The position numbers and the translations under genes were made by a program. This document shows positions 55,441 to 64,000 of a DNA stretch of 64,000 nt, piece by piece (position 1 is the stretch's first letter; every line of letters starts with the position of its first letter). The notes beneath the pieces were generated by a model. That model was not told the DNA's origin. It saw only the letters and a program-made list of their open reading frames with translations, and did not search any database. The stretch comes from Octopus vulgaris (taxonomy: Eukaryota): NCBI GenBank assembly GCA_951406725.2, contig OX597819.1, forward strand, positions 114,204,001 to 114,268,000. The letters run 5' to 3'.

Positions 55441-55630
55441 ATGAAAGCTCTTTGGCTATCAAATACGACTCCTACCCAACGATTATGGGGCCTCGTTGTA
55501 TTTCTTATCTTATACTGGATACTTGGTGGGGCTGTTTGGTGCATTTTGGAGTACCCGCTCGAAAAGCAGAGCATTCAAGAGAATCTCAAATTTATCATGG
55601 ATTTCAAGCGGAACCACACTTGCATCTCAG
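55441..55630 (+). CDS. Two-pore-domain potassium channel (K2P/KCNK, TREK/TALK-like), first coding exon: M1 helix and cap helix
   Basis: MKALWLSNTTPTQRLWGLVVFLILYWILGGAVWCILEYPLEKQSIQENLKFIMDFKRNHTCIS fits the K2P pattern LYLxxGAxVFxxLExPxE...F...HxC (cap cysteine); ends in a strong phase-1 donor CAG|GTAAGC. Pore exons were not found in the window. Confidence 0.88.
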
Positions 55631-57304
55631 GTAAGCTGTAGGTAACTTAAATTTCTCTTCCCTGTTCCTAATTATTTTTACCAAAACTATCATTCGTCTC
55701 GCAAAGCAAATCAATCCGTGGCGGTAATAACTACAAAATTCATACATACATACATGCATGCATACACACACACACACACAGAAGCAGACAGAACTTTTAA
55801 ATAATACTTTCACAATATCGCAAAAATTTCATGGTTGTTGAATTGTCTTTTGTTGTTAGTGAGATTCTCTACTAAAATAAACATTATTTTTTTTTTAAGT
55901 GATACGACCTGTAAGAGCAGTGTTGTAGCTAGAGTGCGTGCCACCCAAAACAAGCCTTAAATTTGCCTCTCCTGGTCCTTATACAGCAGACCCAAAGAAA
56001 CCGCCTCCTTAAACTCTTCACGGACCGCCCCAGCATCCATCCCCTTAGCTATGCTACGGTGTAAGGCCTTATCTAGCGCTTCGGATTACGTCAAACCCAT
56101 TTCCGGAGTAATTTTGGTAGTGGATGTTCCACGGCTCCCGCCGGCTCCATTCTCGGTGGAGACAAGTAAATTACATGGTGACTTAATTTATAGTTTAGTG
56201 AGAGGAGAAGAGTGTCCCTGACTCTTGTAGGGCTGCCGAGACTGGTGATAGAAAAAGAGAGAAACCACAACACGAGGGTGGTCGTTGTTTAGTTACAGGT
56301 TAGCCTCGATGAAGCAGACCTATAATCAAAGACGTTCTAGCCATTACAACTCCATAAGTTACTTGTTAAAGACTTGTCCTTTCTTTTTTTAAGACGAGTG
56401 AAATTGTAATTGAAAGAAGTTTCACTGCACAAGCAGAAGCGGTTATGTCAAGGCTGCCCCGAAAAGTTAGTATGTTCAGGAATTGAACCCTGACCGCTTT
56501 GGTGAAAGCTTAGAATCCTTATCATTGGACTCATACGTTGCTGCAAATTACAATTGTTCATCAAGATATCAAGTAATCTCATTTCGGAGACAAATCGATG
56601 GAAAATTTGCTATAGAGCGGATTCCACCAACGATAACCGAGAATCTGGTGATGACGTCAAATCACTAAAGGCTCTGGTAGCGTGAAGCCATTACAGACCC
56701 CTAAGGACCGCCGCTGTCGTTAAACCAAGCAATGGACTAAATACGAACCAATTTGCACGACCTACTAAAAATAAAAGCCATATCTCCCACAAATTCAACT
56801 TACTGTCTTAAGACAAAATAGAAGGGTAAGTTAGACGAGATAGTCATAGTTGGAAGGGTATAAATAGACGGGATAGTCACAGTTGGAATGTCCTTCATCA
56901 TATGTCTGCTTAATCAGGTGTTGACCTGGCGGGAGGAGGGCTAAACAACAACAGCCAAGTTGAGTTCACACATTAGCCCTTCTCATTCTCGCTCTTACTT
57001 TACCGAGTGAGGGTTGCGACAGGACGGCTGAGCGAGACAAAAGACAAACGTGTGTGTAGAGATTTTCTGTTTGTTTAGTATACATTTTTGTGTGTGTACA
57101 CACATACACGTTATAATGTCTGCAACCAGTACTGTCGCCGTCGCCTTCCTCCTCGCCCTCATCATCATCATCACAACCATTTGTTCGTTTCCTATTACTT
57201 CTTTTCTTTTCCCTTCGCTTTGTCCCGCATTATTTGTATGTTTTTGTTTAATTCTTGCTAAAAATTGGCACAAGGCCAGCAATTTTTACGGGAAGGGGCT
57301 AGTC

Positions 57305-57418
57305 CAGTGGTTCTCAATCATTTTTTTTTTGCCTATGGGCCCCTTTGATTCTAATTTTGATAATCTTGTACCCAACTGGACCGCCATAATTCACTGTATA
57401 CATACACACATACATACA

Positions 57419-57450
<32 letters not shown>

Positions 57451-57561
57451 CATACACACATACATACATACATACATACATACACATACATACATACATA
57501 CATACACACACACATACACATACACATACATACACACACACACATACATACATACATACAT

Positions 57562-57599
<38 letters not shown>

Positions 57600-57794
57600 T
57601 CATACATACATACATACATACATACATACATACATACATACATACATACATGAGAAAAACTCTTATTAGGAATTGTATAAAAAATTAAAATATTTTGTGT
57701 TTTGTAGAAGTTTAACCAATTTATTACACATAAATTTTAATAAAATCTTAAATGGATACCCAAGGGCCATATGGACCCAGATTTAGAACCACTG
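57305..57794. mobile_element. hAT MITE with perfect 8-bp TSD and internal (TACA)n, inserted in a SINE
   Basis: GGCTAGTC-CAGTGGTTCTCAAT ... ATTTAGAACCACTG-GGCTAGTC. Confidence 0.9.
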
Positions 57795-58690
57795 GGCTAG
57801 TCGATCACCTTGACGCCAATGCTCGACTGGTACTTTTTTTTATCGACCCCGAAAGGATGAATGGCAAAGTTGACCTCGACGGAATTTGAACTCAGAACGT
57901 AGTGACAGGGCGAAATGCCGCTAAGCATTTTGCCCAGTGTGCTAACGATTCTGTCAGCTCCACCGTCTTGTAATAATCCTTTCTACTATAGGCACAAGGC
58001 CTGAAATGATGGGGGAGGGGGCTAGTCGATTACATCGACTCCAGTGCGTAACTGGTACTTATTTAATCGACCCCGAAAGGATGAAAGGCAAAGTCGACCT
58101 CGGCGGAATTTGAACTCAGAACGTAACGGCAGACGAAATACCTATTTCTTTATTACCCACAAGTGGCTAAACACAGAGGGGACAAACAAGGACAGACAAA
58201 CGGATTAAGTCTCAGAACGTAACGGCAGACGAAATACCTATTTCTTTATTACCCACAAGTAGCTAAACACAGAGGGGACAAACAAGGACAGACAAACGGA
58301 TTAAGTCGATTATATCGATCCCAGTGCGTAACTGGTACTTATTTAATCGACCCCGAAAGGATGAAAGGCAAAGTCGACCTCGGCGGAATTTGAACTCAGA
58401 ACGTCACGGCAGACGAAATACCGCTATGCATTTCGCCCGGCGTGCTAACGTTTCTGCCAGCTCGCCGCCTTATAATCTATTCTGCTCTAGGCACAAGGCC
58501 CGAAATTTTTGGAGACGGGACCAGCGATTAGATCGACCCTAGTATGCAACTGGTACTTATTTTATCGACCTCTAAGGGATGAAAGGCAAAGTCGACCTCG
58601 GCGGAATTTGAACTCAGAACGTAGCGACCGACGAAATACCGCTATGCATTTCGCCCGGCATGCTAACATTTCTGCCAGCTCGCCACCTTA
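57795..58690 (-). mobile_element. Tandem array of CpG-intact SINE units (same family as 14395) with a 96-bp duplication
   Basis: Four GGATGAA.GGCAAAGT.GACCTCG.CGGAATTTGAACTCAGAACG units; 58115-58210 is repeated at 58211-58306. Confidence 0.9.
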
Positions 58691-58815
58691 CACCGCCTTA
58701 TAATAATGACCATTCACTCAACCAAATACCTCTGTACGGTCCATAGCCGACCAAAGCTTTGTGAGCGAAGTGGATAGATGGAAACTGAAAGAAGCCCGTC
58801 GATTACATATGTGAG

Positions 58816-58852
<37 letters not shown>

Positions 58853-59071
58853 TATGTCTTTGTGTCTGTTTGTGTTTGCCCCCCCCCCCACCGCCCCACT
58901 GCTTGACAACCGGTGTTGGTTTGTTTGTATTTCTGTGATTTAGCAATTCAGCGAAAAGAAACCTATAGAATAAGTACCAGGCTAAAGAAAAAATTTGCAT
59001 TGTTATGTTCGACTAAGATTCTTCGAGGCGGTGCCCCAGCATGGCCGCAGTCTAATGACTGTGTGTGTGTA

Positions 59072-59102
<31 letters not shown>

Positions 59103-59599
59103 CTACATACTCATACTCACATACGCGCACACATGTCTGTGTATGTGTTTGTGTGAGAGAGAGAGAATTGTCGGAGTTATACGTTTTGAGAAACCAATCG
59201 TAGCGGCCTTCACCCCTAATTCAAAACGGAAGAGAGAATGGAAGCATCTTAGTGATAACCATTGTTTACACTTGGAAGTAATTTGGCAGCCGGCATACAA
59301 TATATATACATATAAAAGTTCCTGTCTTTGGGTAAAAAAAAATACAAGAGGATCAGTTAATTGTAATTTTATTTTACATAATCCCCTCTCAGAATCACAC
59401 ACTTATTGCAACGGTCCTTCAGTTTTTCTAAGCCCTGTAAAAAAAAAACGCGGAAGGTTGGACTTCCAGCTAGGCCTTCCGCGGTACCCTTAAAGCCAAG
59501 AACTTGTGTGTGTATAGGGATAAGATCGTTAATTTAAATATCGATCTTATCAAGTGGCCAGCATGAGAATAAAAACCTTCAAAGGTAATAATTATTATC

Positions 59600-59759
59600 A
59601 AAATTGTAATTTAGGGTATCTAAGAGATACCACCACGCTTGAAATAGCAGATAAAACTTGACTCTAAAGTCACATTAAATGTTTAATGTGATATTAGAGT
59701 CAAGTTTTGGCTGATATTTCGAGCGTGGTGGTATCTCTTAGATACCCTAAATTATAATT
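59600..59759. repeat. Near-perfect palindrome (~78-bp arms) in the K2P intron
   Basis: TAATTTAGGGTATCTAAGAGATACCACCACGCTTGAAATAGCAG.. mirrored by ..CTGATATTTCGAGCGTGGTGGTATCTCTTAGATACCCTAAATTA. Confidence 0.92.
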
Positions 59760-61230
59760 ATATATAATTAAAAAATATACTATAAAATGGTAATAGTCAT
59801 CACGTCAAACAATTGTTATAAAATAAACTGTAAAACGGTAATGTTTACCAATTTAGTTGTTAATACATGTAAACAATGATTATAAAATGCGTTATAAAGC
59901 GTTAATTAAATCAGTTACTTAACCACAGTGTTTTATGTTTATAGAGTATGCTGTTATTAAGTCCGTTTTATTTATTTCTGTCATTATACGCCAAACAATG
60001 CTTACAATTATATATAATTATACTTACTTTGTATCGGTTACGATGCTGGGGACGGTATGCTTGGCTTATCAAAAGGTACATCGTGTGTGTACGCGCTCAT
60101 GTAGTGTTGCTTGCGTTCACATGCATGCACTCTCACGCGTAAACAGTGTATGGATGTATTCCTTTTTTTTTTTTTTAATTAGAAAAAGAAACTAAAGAAA
60201 CTGTCGGAAAAATTGTTTGGGTGGGGCAAAATGAGTAGTTTCTGATATCTCCTTATTTTCTTCATATCTGTTTGACACCATTGCATCATCATCTTTGGGA
60301 TTAAAAATTGTTCAGCATAGTTATTGTTGAAGCCGAGTTTGATACAGGTGACATGTACTTTCCTCAACTTTGACTCAATTGTAATTCAGTTTGCTAATTA
60401 AACATCTGGATAATTTTTGGCATATAATATTCAGTATTCTTTTCTTTGTTGAATTCCAAGTCAATTTTTTTCCCACACTGATGTCGAATATGATTATTTT
60501 CAACTTTTAAAAAATGATGTCTAAACTGGGACAAATGAATAATGACAAATTTCGTTAATTTCTTCTCTTTAACTGTATGGTGTGTAAATACATCACGAAG
60601 AGGACACCCCAGCAGATTATGAAGAAGCTATCGAGAATATTTTATGTTGATTTTTTTTTTCGATTTAGTTGATTTTCGTTAATTTCATGTCATGTGCAAT
60701 TTTTCCATGATCCCCTTTCAATTTCACCTAGATATTTTAAGCTTTTGTTGCATTTCTGATCTTTCTGTTGTCTATGGATGAATATTGATAAGTATAAGTC
60801 ATTTTTCAAATGTAATATCATCATCATCATCATCGTTTAACGTCCGTTTTCCATGCTAGCATGGGTTGGACGGTTCGACCGGGTTCTGGGAAGCCAGGGC
60901 TGCACCAGGCTCCAGTCTGATCTGGCAGTGTTTCTACAGCTGGATGCCCTTCCTAACGCCAACCACTCCGTGAGTGTAGTGGGTGCTTTTTACGTGTCAC
61001 CTGCACAGGTGCCAGGGGGGTCTGGCATCAGCCACGATCGGTTGGTGCTTTTAACGTGCCACCGAGGGGTTATGGGTGTAACCCACTATGGGATACCAAT
61101 TATCCAATATACTGTTGGTAAAGTACCCAGATTCCTAATACATAAATGTTTGTAATTGCAATGCAATTAACTCATTTATTGTATTAAACAGGTGAAGGTA
61201 AAGAAATATTTTTACCGTAAATTTATTATA

Positions 61231-61351
61231 CAAATAAGAAAATAGAGAAACAAATTTAGTTTGTTCATCAACTTTCGGATATTAGAATGTTGGATCATTT
61301 AATCCGAAAGTTGATGAACAAACTAAATTTGTTTCTCCATTTTCTTATTTG
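61231..61351. repeat. Hairpin (~50-bp arms)
   Basis: CAAATAAGAAAATAGAGAAACAAATTTAGTTTGTTCATCAACTTTCGGAT mirrored by ATCCGAAAGTTGATGAACAAACTAAATTTGTTTCTCCATTTTCTTATTTG. Confidence 0.92.
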
Positions 61352-61807
61352 TATTACATATTGCAGCTGTGATATCAGTACCGGTGACAAGTAAGCGAAC
61401 CATCCGATCGTGGCCATTGCCAGTGCCACCCCAACTGGCCTCGTGCCGGTGGGACATAAAAAGCACCATCCGATCGTGGCCGTTGCCAGCGTCGCCTGGC
61501 CCCCGTGCCGGTGGCACATAAAAAGCACCATCCGTCCGTGGCCGTTTGCCAGCTCCGTCTGGCACCTGTGTGGGTGACACGTAAAAAGTACCCACTACAC
61601 TCACGGAGTGGTTGGCGTTAGGAAGGGCATCCAGCCGTAGAAACACTGCCAGATCAGACTGGGCCTGATGCAGCCTTCTGGCTTCCCAGACCCCAATTGA
61701 AGCGTCCAACCCATGCTAGCATGGAAAGCGGACGCTAAATGATGATGATGATGATGATGATATATATATAGGATAGTATTGTAGTTCGTTTGAATTATTG
61801 TTTGTAA

Positions 61808-62128
61808 AGAATAAAAAGTTTTGAATGGTATAACAATGCACTATAATAATAATAAAAAAATAAAAATTGGACTATATACCTATAGCCGACCTCATGCACT
61901 TCTCATGATGAATTCCGGAAGGAGCTTCATGAGACCACTGCTGAGACGATTCCGAAAAAAGAAAAGCCGTTGGAAAACCAATTATAGCAGCGATTCCATC
62001 TAAGACTATCTGAAGAAGGAATTGTACTCCGAAATATTATCGGAGTATGGATAACTAAATTACAACAGGTATATAGTCCATTTTTCTTTTTATATTATAG
62101 TGCATTGTTGTACCATTCAAACCTTTTT

Positions 62129-62134
<6 letters not shown>
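61808..62134. repeat. Fold-back (~70-bp arms) with an HHR-like core in the spacer
   Basis: AGAATAAAAAGTTTTGAATGGTATAACAATGCACTATAAT..GGACTATATACCT mirrored at 62068-62134; CTGAAGA-A-GGA..TCC-GAAA at 62010-62034. Confidence 0.8.
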
Positions 62135-62163
<29 letters not shown>

Positions 62164-62423
62164 AGAGGTAGAAACTGATCAGTCCGGGATATATCGTTAA
62201 TGGTAAATGTTTTTGGTTTTCACTCTCGATGAATTTATCCCTTTTTTGTGTCCCTAGCACTTGGCATCCTTATTTGGGAGCCCTAATTATATTTCTAATG
62301 AATAATATTTTTCTATATGAATAATATTTTTCTATATGAATAATATTTTGTCTAATGACTAATTCGTCTTTTGTGCTGGGCCACTGGTAGTAATCTATGT
62401 TATTACCCTTTTTTGATTATATT

Positions 62424-62463
<40 letters not shown>

Positions 62464-62468
<5 letters not shown>

Positions 62469-63672
62469 CCCTCGACTATTGTGGCTCTAAACCTCCTGCG
62501 ATAGGTGAAAATCTGCAAAGTATAAACAGTACTGTATATATTTTTTCTTATTATTTTTATAAACTTAAGCTTTTATAAACTCTCCCCACACTCCTAGGAG
62601 TACCTATGTCTTCTCTTTTTTTGTGGGCGAGGAACATATCGATGGGTAGTTGCTGGCGCTGCCTTTTCTTGTGTGAGAAGGTTTTCATAAACTTCCACGG
62701 TGCCGTCGATTGCATTTCTGAACTGCAATTCATGAACCATCTGGGGGTCTCAATCTTCCACCATTCTCTGAAGTTCTGCCATTTTTGCTAGAGTTGAGAG
62801 GCATTCTAGTGATAGGCTGACTTCTTCTTCCCTTGGATCCTCTTGTTTTTCTTCTTCATCACTTGCTGACTTCATCATCTCTATCAGATCTTCATCTGTT
62901 AACAGATCTGAGTGGACCTCGATCAGGTTATTAACATCTTCGGTAATCATATCAGGTCATGTCAGGGAAGTCACCTCCTTCTAGAAATTTTGCCAGCTTC
63001 ACTGACTTATCTACAGCAGAGTGGTGGATTTTGTCAGGAGAAAATCCTTTATAGTTGTGGACCGCTTCTGACCACAATTTCTTCCAGCTGACATTCAAAG
63101 TTTCATTCTTCATCTCCTTTATGGCCTTCTGAATATTTTGAAGACATGTTGCAATGGTGTACTCATACCAGTACTCCTTCAGCAAGAAGTTATCATCCAA
63201 GTCCATAGCTTTGACCAGGTGTTGCAGGGAGTTTCACATATAGAGCGCCTTAAAAACCTGAATAATGCCTTGATTCATGGGCTGGATCAGCGATATGGTG
63301 TTCAGCAATAAGGATTTGATTTGTACACCCTAATACAACAGGTCAAGCATGTAACCTCCAGTATTGTCCATTCGGAGAAGCACTTTGAATTCCAGTCCTT
63401 TTTTTGATGAGATAAACTTTGACTTCAAAGATGAAACACTGGTGAAACCAATCCGATGTCAGTGGTTTTGTTGTCCATGCCTTCTGGTTGTGCATCCAGT
63501 GCACTGGCAGCGGATTCTTAGTTTTGTTTTTGAGGGCCCTTGGGTTTTGGGACTTATAAAAAAGCCCTGGCTTTATCATAAAGCCTGCAACATTTCCACA
63601 CATTATAATTGTGACGTGATCTTTGTACACCTTAAATCCAGAGGCTCTGGCCTCCTCTTCATAATGAAAGTG
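62464..63672 (-). mobile_element. Decayed Tigger/pogo transposon (DDE transposase pseudogene)
   Basis: Peptides GFKVYKDHVTIIMCGNVAG..KSQNPRALK..LPVHWMHNQKAW..DWFHQCF, NTISLIQPMNQGII and ETLNVSWKKLW; TIR-like AATCCCTCGACTAT at the end. Confidence 0.92.
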
Positions 63673-63694
63673 TATACACACACACATACATACA

Positions 63695-64000
63695 TCTTTG
63701 CTTTGCAGTTAAACCAGGTCAAATTAAAAATATGACTAGATGTCTGAAATTTGATTCCGATTCCCCTGTTGCAATCCTTAAAAGCATACCAAAGTAATGC
63801 AGCAAAATAAACAGAGAAAAGTGTAGGGGCAGGAATATCTCCCTGTTTGACACTGTTGTCCACTGAAAATTCATGAGATAGCTCAGCATCAAAGGACTAC
63901 CTGACCTTTCATGTTTCTGTGTTGTTTTTTAAATATGCTCACAAAATGTGTTGGACAACCAAGTTTACGCAAAACAATCCACAGTGCCTCCCTGTTTACC
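63695..64000 (-). mobile_element. RTE (BovB-like) LINE RT fragment
   Basis: Peptides VNREALWIVLRKLGCP and VKQGDIPAPTLFSVYFAALL..GIGIKFQTSSHIFNL (RTE RT QG motif). Confidence 0.85.

Noticed and set aside
60025-60080. CIGYD peptide as the K2P pore (TIGYG) exon
   Set aside because: No GYG/GFG, no preceding W.F..A.FF pore helix, and no suitable splice sites.

Overview
AT-rich, repeat-saturated eukaryotic DNA. The tRNA-derived SINE families, the RTE, CR1, Penelope-like, mariner, Tigger, hAT, piggyBac-like and Helitron remnants, and the (TA)n/(CA)n/(ATT)n microsatellites point to an octopus (coleoid cephalopod) genome; this is recognised from repeat sequence, not from a search. The only recognisable host coding sequence is the first coding exon of a two-pore-domain (K2P/KCNK, TREK/TALK-like) potassium channel at 55441-55630 (+), in a CpG-retaining region, with its intron running off the window. 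Almost all track ORFs are microsatellite or SINE artefacts. The most interesting signal is a set of hammerhead-ribozyme-like (HHR) motifs: two inverted copies in a 560-bp fold-back nested in a larger inverted duplication (26.0-28.9 kb), one in a TSD-flanked tRNA-headed SINE (52.5 kb), one beside a Penelope-like RT fragment (45.8 kb) and one in an intronic fold-back (62.0 kb). Also noted: an old 23-bp minisatellite, nested MITEs, a CpG-decay boundary and a few unassigned candidate exons. Repeat boundaries were read by eye and are approximate.
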